The notes: a model not told the origin generated them from the letters alone. A DNA stretch of 32,000 nt from Acholeplasma laidlawii PG-8A (GCF_000018785.1 NC_010163.1:750001-782000), one strand, 5' to 3'. Shown: positions 17,939 through 26,998, counted from the stretch's first letter. Translations and numbers: made by a program.

Positions 17939-19420
17939 TTAATTTTCGTTACTAATATTTTCGTTTAAAACAAATGTTGTAGTTGCTTTTGCTGGTAGTT
18001 TATAATTCATTTGGCTACCATTTATATCTAAACTAAACATCATTGAATTAGAAGATTTATTATGTACCACGACTGTAATACTACCATCAGGGTTTAAAAA
18101 TGCTGTGTTTAGTAAATTTGCATTACTTGTTTTACTATCTATTCTATATGCTCCAACCTCTACAAATTTAGAAAAATGTCCGATCATATAGTATTCTTCA
18201 TTTTTAATAACCTCTGAAGTTTCACTATGAATAGTTAAAATGCCACGGCAATTTTGGCACCCACCATTGATAGGTCCATTGTTTTCATTTAAGGCAATGT
18301 TCCACATCAATACACCTTTAGCGCCGCGATTTAGAGAACCCATAAAAATATTTTCCATATTCCACGATATATTGTCTCCAAAATTCGTAGCCCATAAACC
18401 ACCGGATATTTCTGTGAACCAAATACCTTTATCAGGAAATATGTTACCTAATCTTGAAGTTTCTGATACATTTCCACCATAACCATGTAATGCAACCCCT
18501 GCAATATATTGATTTGCTTTACTATTTAGTACAGTTATTGGGTAGTCCATTCGATCCCAATTATGGTCATATGCCATGATTAATGTATCGATATTGGCTT
18601 CATTAAATTGGATGCCCATAGACTCAATTAAATTTATTTGTTGATCTGGCAACATTTTCATTGTAGGATAAGTGTTTGATTCATGAAGTGGTTCATTTTG
18701 CGGTGTAACTGCATATATATCGATGCCTTGAAGCTTCATAGCTTCAATATATTTAACAAAATATTGTGCATAGACATCGATGTACTTATCCAGTAAACTA
18801 CCACCATTAAGGTGTTTATTATCTTTCATCCAAGCTGGTGCACTCCATGGAGATGCCATAATAAATAGGTCGTTATTTCTTATGAGTGCTTCTTTTAAAA
18901 CTGGTATAAGATGTTGCATCTCTCTATCGATAGAAAAGTTATTTAATGCTAAGTCTTCTATGTTACTTGGCGTATCATTATACGTATAATTGTCTAAGGA
19001 AAAGTCAGATGCACCTATAGTAAGTCGCATAAATGACATATTTAACCCTTCTTTGTTAAATAGTTCATCTAATACATTATGTTTATCATTTTCATCCAAA
19101 TTATTAATGACTAAAGCACTAGATTCTGTCATCGCTGCTCCAAAACCATCAATTACTTGGTATTTTATACTAGGATCAATATTGATTTTTGTGTACTCTG
19201 AATCTAAATCTATAGTGGTATTTGAAGCCTCTTCTTTTTTAAGTAATTTGCTTTTATCAGCCCATGTTGTAAAGCTATCCACTGAATAAGTTTTTTTCAC
19301 GATAGGGGGTTCTCCATTATTCGTATTATCACATGCAATAAGCATCATTAAACATATACACACTAAGCATAACAAGAAGATACGCTTATGTATCTGTGTG
19401 CTAGCTTGTAACTTTAACAT
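17939..19420 (-). CDS. GH30 family glycosidase (beta-1,6-glucanase / glucosylceramidase-like), lipoprotein
   Basis: GH30 landmarks are present: IDGFGAAMTESSA near the N-terminus, TPQNEP (acid/base Glu) and GIWFTEISGG (nucleophile Glu). The lipobox is MLIAC. The ATG at 19420 overlaps the upstream gene by 20 nt. Confidence 0.85.
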   Translation of the reverse strand: MLKLQASTQIHKRIFLLCLVCICLMMLIACDNTNNGEPPIVKKTYSVDSFTTWADKSKLLKKEEASNTTIDLDSEYTKINIDPSIKYQVIDGFGAAMTESSALVINNLDENDKHNVLDELFNKEGLNMSFMRLTIGASDFSLDNYTYNDTPSNIEDLALNNFSIDREMQHLIPVLKEALIRNNDLFIMASPWSAPAWMKDNKHLNGGSLLDKYIDVYAQYFVKYIEAMKLQGIDIYAVTPQNEPLHESNTYPTMKMLPDQQINLIESMGIQFNEANIDTLIMAYDHNWDRMDYPITVLNSKANQYIAGVALHGYGGNVSETSRLGNIFPDKGIWFTEISGGLWATNFGDNISWNMENIFMGSLNRGAKGVLMWNIALNENNGPINGGCQNCRGILTIHSETSEVIKNEEYYMIGHFSKFVEVGAYRIDSKTSNANLLNTAFLNPDGSITVVVHNKSSNSMMFSLDINGSQMNYKLPAKATTTFVLNENISNEN

Positions 19421-20111
19421 AATCGATTAAAAATTCTACTGGGAAAATTGAGTCATCTATTTTACCGCCCCAGTTACCACCTATCGCCAAATTAATTATC
19501 ATGAAAAACGGTTCATCAAACGGCCAATTATCTAACCCTTGCTTATCTTCTTTAGGTGCTTTAAATAATAGTTCATTATCTAAATAATAATTAAAACCTT
19601 CTTTGGACCATTCTAGTTTATAGACATGAAAATCATCACTCAAGTTTTTAATTTCTTTTTTTAGATGTAGATTGTTTGATTTTGTATGATTGAAGTTTTT
19701 AGAGTGTAATGAAAAATGTAATGCGTCCGGTTCTTTACCTACATATTCCATCAAATCAATTTCACCACAAGTTGGCCAACCAACTTTATGAATATTATCC
19801 CCCAACAACCAAAATGCTGGCCAAGTTCCTAATCCCTTTGGTAACTTCATACGCACTTCAATTGCTCCGTATTGAATACTCACTTTATTTTTTGTAGTTA
19901 TTTTCGCAGATGTATATTTTCGATGTTCAAAATCTTCTTTACGAGCCACAATATGTAGTAGGCTATCCTCTATATAAATGTTATCTAAGCGGTCTGTGTA
20001 AAACTGATCTTCATTGTTTCCAAAACCACTACCACCAACATCAATATTCCAGTATGTTTGATTAGGTTTTGTTCCTACATCAAAATGATCATAAAAAACT
20101 ATTTTTTTCAT
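19401..20111 (-). CDS. GH16 endo-beta-1,3-glucanase without a signal peptide (predicted cytoplasmic)
   Basis: Carries the catalytic motif GEIDLMEY. The N-terminus MKKIVFYDHFDVGTKPNQTYW has no hydrophobic leader. There is an ATGA overlap with the upstream cupin gene. Confidence 0.85.
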   Translation of the reverse strand: MKKIVFYDHFDVGTKPNQTYWNIDVGGSGFGNNEDQFYTDRLDNIYIEDSLLHIVARKEDFEHRKYTSAKITTKNKVSIQYGAIEVRMKLPKGLGTWPAFWLLGDNIHKVGWPTCGEIDLMEYVGKEPDALHFSLHSKNFNHTKSNNLHLKKEIKNLSDDFHVYKLEWSKEGFNYYLDNELLFKAPKEDKQGLDNWPFDEPFFMIINLAIGGNWGGKIDDSIFPVEFLIDYVKVTS

Positions 20112-20506
20112 AATATCTCCTTTATTTTTGTTCTAAGTTTGGAATCTATATAGTATTTCGTAGAATTCAGATCTCCTGTATTATCTTCTTCTATAATCAG
20201 TAGTTTTGCATCAATAGATAATACTTGTGTATGATATACATCTTTTTTAACATTATAAATTTTATTTTTTTCAAGATGAACTGCTTCAATACTTAATGAT
20301 TTTTCATCATTAACATCTAAAAATAATAAAGTTGCAGAACCATCTAATAGAACAAATACTTCATCCGTTTCATGATGTGCTTCAAAATATATCAAGCCAT
20401 CCAAACTACAGTCATCAATATAATTTAGTATGGCAACACGCCAATTTTGGTAAGTCATTAAACTTTTGTAGCCCTCTTGACTAAATTCAAATAGTTCATA
20501 ATTCAT
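20108..20506 (-). CDS. Small cupin-fold protein of unknown function
   Basis: 132 aa. YFEAHHETDEVFVLLDGSATLLF resembles cupin motif 1 and KDVYHTQV is a possible motif 2. It overlaps both neighbouring genes (11 nt and 4 nt), which suggests translational coupling. Confidence 0.55.
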   Translation of the reverse strand: MNYELFEFSQEGYKSLMTYQNWRVAILNYIDDCSLDGLIYFEAHHETDEVFVLLDGSATLLFLDVNDEKSLSIEAVHLEKNKIYNVKKDVYHTQVLSIDAKLLIIEEDNTGDLNSTKYYIDSKLRTKIKEIL

Positions 20507-22988
20507 CTAGATATACCTCGATGTCTCCCTCAATTTTTGTATGTTCAATGTTGATAGGTTGTCCTTGATATAAAACTTTATCAATTTTATAAGCGCCATA
20601 ATCTAAGTTTTTCAAGTTAATATACGTGATTTTAATTAGTTTTCCATGAATAAAGGTTTGAATGCTTGCTCTATGATTTATAAAATCTTCTCGAACTAAT
20701 TTTGGATTAAGTGTTAATTTTCCGTAATAAAATGTAATTCCGAACACCTGTTCTTGTAAGAGTTTTAATAGCCAACTTGCACTTCCAGTTAAATAAAGAT
20801 ATTTGCCAACACCTTTGTCAGTAAAATACTCTGGAATTCCAAGCACCGTATGTGCATCAGGGTGTATCGCACGCATTATCAGTGATTTATAACCTTCATT
20901 ACCTAGTTGAACTAAATTATAATTATATAACCCATAGACATACATGATGGCCATATGTGAGAATACAGCACCATTTTCTTTGTGATTATAACTAAACCCG
21001 AATGCTCTGCCCATGTCCATCATAATTTTATGATAGTTAGAGTTTAAATGATACCCTCCATTATCTTTATTAAATAATAGTTTTTTTGTTGTATCTGCTA
21101 CGCTTTTAGCCTGAGACATGGTTAGTGTTTCATTTAGAAGTGCCATCGCCTGGCCCGTTAAGTTCATCGTATCTGCAGTATCTAAAAATACATTACTATC
21201 TGTTATATAACTTTGAAGATGTGTATCCTTAATCCAAGCGTTTTCATTTATATGATCAATTCTTTTTTTATAGAGCTCAACGAGTTGATAAGATAACTTA
21301 GTGGCATCCACTTCAACCGTAGTATCTTTAAAATCAGAAACGTTATCAAAGAATGTTTTTAGATCAATTGTTTCAAAGATTAGATCATAGAGTGATTTAA
21401 ATAGGCGAACAGGTCTATTAATTTTTTCAATCACTTCTGCCATCTTCATTAAATTACTTGCATAAAAATGGGTAAATGCTATCGTTTCACCGTTATTTTT
21501 GGCCATATCCAAACCATCATTCCAGTCAGCATTTTCTAATCTTACAAAGCCAAATTTACCGGTGTTAAAATGTGCAACAATATTTTGTAATAGTAAATGT
21601 TCCAAAATAGTGCCTAGATAAGGTTTGTTATGTACTCTTAGAATATGTTCACTTGTTTCTATATCTCTTGTTTTATTCGTATAGTGTGTGAATTGATCAT
21701 GAAAGTAAGTTTGCTGCTTAAATAAGAACTCGATATGCCCAGTACTATGAATGTATGATAATGTAGTAAGTAATGGCCAAGCCCCATGATCAGACCATAC
21801 ACGGACTATTTTATTTCTATCTGCTAGGAACTCTCCAGGTTTATCGCCAATAATTGTTGCGTTAGAACCATCAATTCGTATCCCTTGAAAATTATTAAAT
21901 AATAAGGTTTCGACGGATTCATCATTAATAAGGATTAAACTGAGTAAATCTTGCCAAAGATCACGCCAACCCCTTCCCCCTCTACCATAATCATGATGTG
22001 GTAGGTAGGAATTACCAAAAATTCGTCTTAACACAGGTTGAAATCTTACCCATCTTAGAAGTAATTCAACATCCTTATTTACCATGCTAATAGAGAGTTT
22101 GCTACTTTCTGCTTCAAAATAATTACGCATGTGTTTAAATGCTTCTTCAACAGATTTTTTTGTTTTGTACTTGTTTATAATATGTAATGCATCTTCATTT
22201 TGATTAAAAATACCCATACTTATATTAAATGTTGCTGTTTCTTCAGGTTTTAGTATGAAGGGTTCAAATCCAATCGCGCCAATAACTTCATACCCAGGTT
22301 TGGGTTCGAAATCTTTTCTGTAAATACCTTTAGGAAAATTAAATGAACCACCATCTATAAAATCCTCTAGGCTCGTAATGATTCTATTTACTTTCGTTGT
22401 AGGACTATATGCAGAGACTGTATAAGCCTCATGATTTAAATGATGACCTCTTTCATCAAAACTTAAAGTTGGTTTAACTAATACAGTTTGTTCATTGATT
22501 TCAACTTTATTTAGTAAGGATGTGACATGACGATGATCTCTTATATTATCGGCACTTCTTGCATAAATCGGTATGGCTGTAATTACATCTAGAGTTAGAT
22601 TCTTATTAGATGTGTTTTTAATGGTGACCTCTAATAGTTCTAAATTATCATGTAATGGTATGAAAGAAAGTGATTCAATAGAAAATAAAGTGTTACTTCT
22701 AACAACTCTTTGATAGAGTAAATCATACTCTACTTGCAATTCATCATTCTGCTGTAGATATGTGTTGCCATTTAAAAAATACATTTCATCATCGATTGTA
22801 AAGATGATATTTCTTGACATATGATTGGCATAAAGATCATTTTCAGTCGTTGGTTCAAGTAAGTAATGATGATGATCCGTTTTAATATCTCCACCGAAAA
22901 ATGGTGTAATCGAAGATTTTAATTGTCCTAAATTATATAAAGGCAGATATTGTCCATAATTTTTCTTAATTGATTGCTTTTTTTTCAT
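20496..22988 (-). CDS. GH94-type glycoside phosphorylase (laminaribiose/cellobiose phosphorylase family; laminaribiose is favoured by context)
   Basis: 830 aa with no signal peptide. GH94 hallmark motifs are present: GRGGRGWRDLWQDLLS (RDxxQD), RLENADWNDGLDMA (ADWND) and NGAVFSHMAIMY. The C-terminal GKLTLNPKLV block is also present. It sits among beta-1,3/1,6-glucan enzymes. Confidence 0.75.
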   Translation of the reverse strand: MKKKQSIKKNYGQYLPLYNLGQLKSSITPFFGGDIKTDHHHYLLEPTTENDLYANHMSRNIIFTIDDEMYFLNGNTYLQQNDELQVEYDLLYQRVVRSNTLFSIESLSFIPLHDNLELLEVTIKNTSNKNLTLDVITAIPIYARSADNIRDHRHVTSLLNKVEINEQTVLVKPTLSFDERGHHLNHEAYTVSAYSPTTKVNRIITSLEDFIDGGSFNFPKGIYRKDFEPKPGYEVIGAIGFEPFILKPEETATFNISMGIFNQNEDALHIINKYKTKKSVEEAFKHMRNYFEAESSKLSISMVNKDVELLLRWVRFQPVLRRIFGNSYLPHHDYGRGGRGWRDLWQDLLSLILINDESVETLLFNNFQGIRIDGSNATIIGDKPGEFLADRNKIVRVWSDHGAWPLLTTLSYIHSTGHIEFLFKQQTYFHDQFTHYTNKTRDIETSEHILRVHNKPYLGTILEHLLLQNIVAHFNTGKFGFVRLENADWNDGLDMAKNNGETIAFTHFYASNLMKMAEVIEKINRPVRLFKSLYDLIFETIDLKTFFDNVSDFKDTTVEVDATKLSYQLVELYKKRIDHINENAWIKDTHLQSYITDSNVFLDTADTMNLTGQAMALLNETLTMSQAKSVADTTKKLLFNKDNGGYHLNSNYHKIMMDMGRAFGFSYNHKENGAVFSHMAIMYVYGLYNYNLVQLGNEGYKSLIMRAIHPDAHTVLGIPEYFTDKGVGKYLYLTGSASWLLKLLQEQVFGITFYYGKLTLNPKLVREDFINHRASIQTFIHGKLIKITYINLKNLDYGAYKIDKVLYQGQPINIEHTKIEGDIEVYLDEL

Positions 22989-22993
22989 ATATT

Positions 22994-25900
22994 TTAACCA
23001 TGTCTCATCATTTTGATTTCATAGATATGGATATTTGATTTATTAAATTTTATCGAAAGTACTTGTTTTCCAGGATCAGCTAGCAGACTCGCTCTTGCGT
23101 GGACCTTGTTACCTTCAGTGCCATGTATTGTAATTGTTGTTTTATATTGATTATTCAGGTACAGTGAAAATGGTAATTGCGCTAAACTTTGTACATCACT
23201 TGATAGAGTAAAATCGACCAAGTACTTCCCTGGCATTTCTAGAGCTACAGGAAAATTTAAGATAGCATCTTTTTCTAAAATAGAAAGGACATTATTATCA
23301 AGTGAAACGGATTTTATATGCTTTAGAGCAGCATCAAAAACAAAGTTTAATGGTTCCCATGGTTTCATACCACACTTTGGATATTCCATCTTACTAAACA
23401 GGTTTAAATCGACTATATTTAGGTTACTTGATTCAAAATTTTCAGTGTTAAAATAATAAATATTTGTATCATATTTATTTGATTTTACTGCGATTGCGTG
23501 TTGTTTATTTTTGTGAATATAGACTTTAAGTTTTTTATGCTTTATCGTGTCAATTTTGTCTATTTGATGGTTAAAAATCAACGGATTTATAACGAATTTT
23601 TGACCATTTACCAATAGTTCTTCTATAAGCGGCAATTTTATATCCTTTGCATCATATTTAAACCAATAATTTCTCCTATTTTTTGAGGGTTTAAATTCTA
23701 GTTGATGCATACGACTAAATGCTGGCGTTTTTAGTAAAAAGTTTAGAATATTTTTAGCTACCCTTTGCAAGTGAGACTTTTTAAGTTCGCCATTTAAGTA
23801 ACTTTCTTTTGAATTGTCATGATTTGAATTTGATTTGGCATCACTAATAACCATATATAAATCATTTTGGCTGATGATCATTGCCTTAGTATTCTTAACA
23901 TCACCAGGACCATTAAAATCATTCATTTTAGCCCACCAATCGGTGACTAAAATACCATCAAATCCCCACTCATCCCTTAAAAGGAGTGAGTTAACCTCAA
24001 AATGAGAGGCTGTCCATAAACTATTCACCGGATTATAAGATGTCATGATTGCACGGGCTTTACCCACTTTTATTGCAATTTCAAAGCCTCTTAAATAGAT
24101 TTCTCTTTGAGCACGTTCAGATACTACTGCATCTACATTAAATCGATCTGTTTCTTGATTATTTGCAAATAAATGCTTGAGTGTCCCTGTAACACCTTCT
24201 TTTTGTAAACCAATGACTGCACTTGATGCCATAAGTCCTGTAAGCAGTGGATCTTCTGAATAATATTCAAAATTACGGCCATTTAGAGGATGTCTTAAAA
24301 TATTCATACCTGGACCCAAGATTAAATCAATATGATAAGCTTTCATTTCCTTACCAAGTAGTTGGTAAAGTGTTTCAACCATATTCAAATCAAAACTTGA
24401 GGCTAAGGCTATGCCATTAGGTAAACTTGAAGCATAAAAACCAGAGTCCATACGAATACCACTAGGTCCATCTGCTGCACATGCAATCGGTATACCCTTA
24501 TCAAGTAATTCATCGGTCACACCGCCAAATGCTGATGCAGTTCCTGGTGTCACTTTAGGTGAACTCATACCTTCACCTCGTGTGAGTTCAATGAGTTGAT
24601 CAATTTCAAGTGATCCGATAAATTCATCCATAGTATGTTTATGCTCATAAACATCTAATAATGTAATATCAGATGTATTGCTTGGTATTTCTCTAGGTAT
24701 ATGATCTTTAATTGTTTCATTATAATTGGTAGTTCTTAAAGGTACATCTTCATAGATAATTTGATAGTTTTCATCTGGTTTGATACGTTTAAAAGGCTTA
24801 ACCGGTGCTGATATTTCTCTTGATAAATGTGTAATGATATCATCAATAATTTCAATTTCACCGTATTGTGTGTGGTGTCTTGATGAATTTCCAATATAGA
24901 ATTTATATAAACCTTTTTCTAGCACAAAAGAAGATTTAAATACATGCCCAATATCATCAAAGCTTGCTAGATTATATAAATCAATTTTAATTTCGATGAT
25001 TTGATTTTCTTTTGGTTCAAGTTCTCTGGTTTTAGCAAATGCTGCTAAAACCATTTTAGGTTTACCTAATAATCCTTGAGGTGCATTTAAATAGATTTGG
25101 ACAACTTCTTTTGCTCTATGTCTACCAGTATTCTTAACCTCTATTTTAAAGGTTATAATTTTATCATCCATATCAAAAGATATAGGTTTAATTTTAAATT
25201 CAGAGTAAGTGAGTCCAAAACCAAATGGATATCTCACAGCAGTGTGATTAAATGTCTCAAAATATCTATAACCAACATAAATATCTTCTTCATATATGAC
25301 TTGTGATTTATGTCCGAAATTATGGAATGCGGGCTCTGATGATAAGTCATTAACTAATGTCATAGGTAGTTTACCTGATGGTGACTTATAACCTACCATT
25401 ACATCTTTTAGAGCTAATGCTCCATACTGTCCACCATGCCATGCAAAGATAAGTCCATCAATTTGATAAGTATCCATAAAAGTTAGATCCATAGCATTAC
25501 CAACATTTAATACAACTATTGTTTTCTTAAAATGAGAAGTTACATCTTTAAGTAGACTTAACTCTTCATCTGTTAAATAATAACTTCCTTTTGTCGGTTT
25601 GTTATCTTTATCTTCCCCTGCTGTTCTACCAAATACTACTATCGCAATGTCACTTTCTTTAGAAGCATTTAATACTAAACTAGTGTCTAAAAGCATTTCT
25701 TGTTGATTCCATGGTTCAGATGCCCATTGCCCATTACCGGAATCGAATGGATTTTCTTCTACCCATTTTTTATAAACATCATAAACGTTCATATTTACAG
25801 ATACATTGGGATCATTAATAAACGATTCAATTAATGAAGGTACATGCTTAACATTTACCAAACCTCCAGAGCCAGTACCAGATTTATAGTAATTAAACTG

Positions 25901-26059
25901 AATTCTACCGAAAACAGCAATTTTTTTATCTTTTAGTGGTAACACATCGTTATTTTTAAGTAAGACGATACCTTCACCAGCTGCATACTTTGAAAAAGTT
26001 GCAAGCTCAGCAAGCGGATTCATCCGTTCGATGTTCATATTATTTAAATATTTTTGCAT
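22994..26059 (-). CDS. Cytoplasmic GH3 beta-glucosidase with permuted domain order and a C-terminal extension of about 250 aa
   Basis: The alpha/beta-sandwich and Fn3-like parts come first (EGIVLLKNNDVLPLKDKKIAVFG, SPSGKLPMTL, YPFGFGLTYSEF, VEVKNTGRHRAKEVVQIYL). The barrel follows (GIPIACAADGPSGIRM, GRNFEYYSEDPLLTG, KHLFANNQE, WGFDGILVTDWWA). The track start at 26077 is TTG. The ATG at 26059 (MQKYLNN...) has a GGAG SD 7 nt upstream, so I prefer it. Confidence 0.85.
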   Translation of the reverse strand: MQKYLNNMNIERMNPLAELATFSKYAAGEGIVLLKNNDVLPLKDKKIAVFGRIQFNYYKSGTGSGGLVNVKHVPSLIESFINDPNVSVNMNVYDVYKKWVEENPFDSGNGQWASEPWNQQEMLLDTSLVLNASKESDIAIVVFGRTAGEDKDNKPTKGSYYLTDEELSLLKDVTSHFKKTIVVLNVGNAMDLTFMDTYQIDGLIFAWHGGQYGALALKDVMVGYKSPSGKLPMTLVNDLSSEPAFHNFGHKSQVIYEEDIYVGYRYFETFNHTAVRYPFGFGLTYSEFKIKPISFDMDDKIITFKIEVKNTGRHRAKEVVQIYLNAPQGLLGKPKMVLAAFAKTRELEPKENQIIEIKIDLYNLASFDDIGHVFKSSFVLEKGLYKFYIGNSSRHHTQYGEIEIIDDIITHLSREISAPVKPFKRIKPDENYQIIYEDVPLRTTNYNETIKDHIPREIPSNTSDITLLDVYEHKHTMDEFIGSLEIDQLIELTRGEGMSSPKVTPGTASAFGGVTDELLDKGIPIACAADGPSGIRMDSGFYASSLPNGIALASSFDLNMVETLYQLLGKEMKAYHIDLILGPGMNILRHPLNGRNFEYYSEDPLLTGLMASSAVIGLQKEGVTGTLKHLFANNQETDRFNVDAVVSERAQREIYLRGFEIAIKVGKARAIMTSYNPVNSLWTASHFEVNSLLLRDEWGFDGILVTDWWAKMNDFNGPGDVKNTKAMIISQNDLYMVISDAKSNSNHDNSKESYLNGELKKSHLQRVAKNILNFLLKTPAFSRMHQLEFKPSKNRRNYWFKYDAKDIKLPLIEELLVNGQKFVINPLIFNHQIDKIDTIKHKKLKVYIHKNKQHAIAVKSNKYDTNIYYFNTENFESSNLNIVDLNLFSKMEYPKCGMKPWEPLNFVFDAALKHIKSVSLDNNVLSILEKDAILNFPVALEMPGKYLVDFTLSSDVQSLAQLPFSLYLNNQYKTTITIHGTEGNKVHARASLLADPGKQVLSIKFNKSNIHIYEIKMMRHG

Positions 26060-26082
26060 GTCATATCTCCATATCAATAATT

Positions 26083-26100
26083 TAAGAAATCGTTTTCTTA
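26083..26100. promoter_or_regulatory. 18-bp near-palindromic operator at about +1..+18 of the GH3 operon
   Basis: TAAGAAATCGTTTTCTTA has 8-nt arms around a central CG with one mismatched pair. It contains AAATCGTTTTCT, identical to 17877-17888. Confidence 0.5.
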
Positions 26101-26105
26101 ACTAT

Positions 26106-26133
26106 ATTATATGGTTTTTTTAGAATATTGCAA
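26106..26133 (-). promoter_or_regulatory. Sigma-A-type promoter of the GH3/GH94 operon
   Basis: In the gene orientation: TTGCAA (26133-26128), a 16-nt spacer, then TATAAT (26111-26106). Confidence 0.55.
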
Positions 26134-26142
26134 GCGTTTACA
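26128..26142. promoter_or_regulatory. cre-like box overlapping the -35
   Basis: TTGCAAGCGTTTACA fits the cre consensus WTGNAANCGNWNNCW at all specified positions. Confidence 0.5.
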
Positions 26143-26145
26143 AAA

Positions 26146-26178
26146 GAAAAAGAGTTTTCGTTAAGAAAACCCTTTTTC
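26146..26178 (-). terminator. Rho-independent terminator after the DsbA-like gene (A-tract/U-tract; possibly bidirectional)
   Basis: The minus-strand RNA is AAAAAGGGUUUUC-UUAAC-GAAAACUCUUUUU followed by CUUUUG. The single imperfect pair is G-U on the minus-strand RNA and A-C on the plus strand. Confidence 0.65.
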
Positions 26179-26211
26179 GTTAATATATTTACTTAAATAA
26201 AATGAAAGTAA

Positions 26212-26913
26212 TTAAATTGCACAACCATCCGGACCACATATATCATCATCTGATCCGATAGTTTGGAATGGATTTGCTTCTTTGTATGCTTGTTCAATTG
26301 CTTGATTAAACATTTCTATGGGTTGAGCACCACTTACTGCATATTTTCTATCTAATACAAAGAATGGTACACCACGCACGCCAATGCTTTGAGCTTCTTC
26401 AATTTCTTTAGCTACTTCATCATGAAATTGGTTAGATTCAAGTACTACTTTTGCTTCATGAACGTCAAGTCCTAATGTGTTAACAATATCTAATAAGACT
26501 TTATCATCATGAATGTTTAAACCCTTAGTAAAATAAGCATCAAAAAGTTTTGTTGAAAGTACTGATTCTTTACCAAAAGTTCTAGCCCATTTTGCTAGTC
26601 TATGTGCTTTAAAAGTGTTTGTCATCTTCATGTTGTCATAATCATAAACGAGACCTACTTGTTTTGCACGCTCTACAGTCTGCATAAACATTTGTTTTGT
26701 TTGATTCAAACTAACACCTTTCATTCTAGAAAAAATAGTATAACTATCTTCTGTTGTTTCAAAAGGTGCATCTGGACTTAACTGATAAGCCTTATAAATG
26801 ACTTCGATTTTATCTTTATCTTTAAAATTGTTTAGTGCTTGTTCAAATATTGTTTTACCAATATAACAAAACGGACATGAAAAGTCACTCCATACTTCAA
26901 TTTTCATCTTCAT
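26212..26913 (-). CDS. DsbA/FrnE-like thiol:disulfide oxidoreductase
   Basis: N-terminal VWSDFSCPFCYIGK (CPFC active site). The overall layout is DSBA-like, with a C-terminal Cys pair in CGPDGCAI as in FrnE-type proteins. Confidence 0.8.
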   Translation of the reverse strand: MKMKIEVWSDFSCPFCYIGKTIFEQALNNFKDKDKIEVIYKAYQLSPDAPFETTEDSYTIFSRMKGVSLNQTKQMFMQTVERAKQVGLVYDYDNMKMTNTFKAHRLAKWARTFGKESVLSTKLFDAYFTKGLNIHDDKVLLDIVNTLGLDVHEAKVVLESNQFHDEVAKEIEEAQSIGVRGVPFFVLDRKYAVSGAQPIEMFNQAIEQAYKEANPFQTIGSDDDICGPDGCAI

Positions 26914-26955
26914 ACCTCTACTTTCTTATAGTATTCATTTTAACATGACCTACAT

Positions 26956-26984
26956 AATAAAAAGTTGCCTAGGCTTAGGCAACT
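26956..26984 (-). terminator. Rho-independent terminator after the 70-aa membrane protein gene
   Basis: Perfect 9-bp stem AGUUGCCUA / UAGGCAACU with a 4-nt loop, followed on the minus strand by UUUUAUUAU. Confidence 0.7.
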
Positions 26985-26998
26985 CTGATTATGTGAAT

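Noticed and set aside
4064-19897. About 18 short (61-99 aa) ORFs in the six-frame track. Plus-strand examples are 4064-4294, 6212-6436, 7884-8105, 8504-8710, 8729-8956, 14927-15118, 17101-17286, 18240-18482, 18780-19289 and 19709-19897. Out-of-frame minus-strand examples are 8079-8300, 10249-10461 and 10690-10908. The later 25097-25306 ORF belongs to the same class.
   Set aside because: All lie entirely inside long, well-supported minus-strand genes. They have no SD sequences and low-complexity, AT-codon-driven compositions. They are typical shadow ORFs of AT-rich DNA.
22975-22988. Homopolymeric A/T runs at gene starts as phase-variation switches: A8 in ATGAAAAAAAAG of the GH94 gene, and A7 at 20103-20108 and 4548-4554.
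   Set aside because: These are simply MKK(K) N-termini in AT-rich codon usage. Runs of 7-8 nt are short for slipped-strand switching, and one of the genes is cytoplasmic. There is no supporting evidence.
26060-26077. N-terminal extensions given by the ORF track: TTG at 26077 and 3671, GTG at 4566, and an ATG at 13098.
   Set aside because: In each case a downstream ATG has a proper SD at 5-8 nt spacing, or (at 3662) is the first ATG, lying 1 nt after the upstream stop. In one case it restores a normal MKK-type signal peptide. I therefore used the shorter coordinates.
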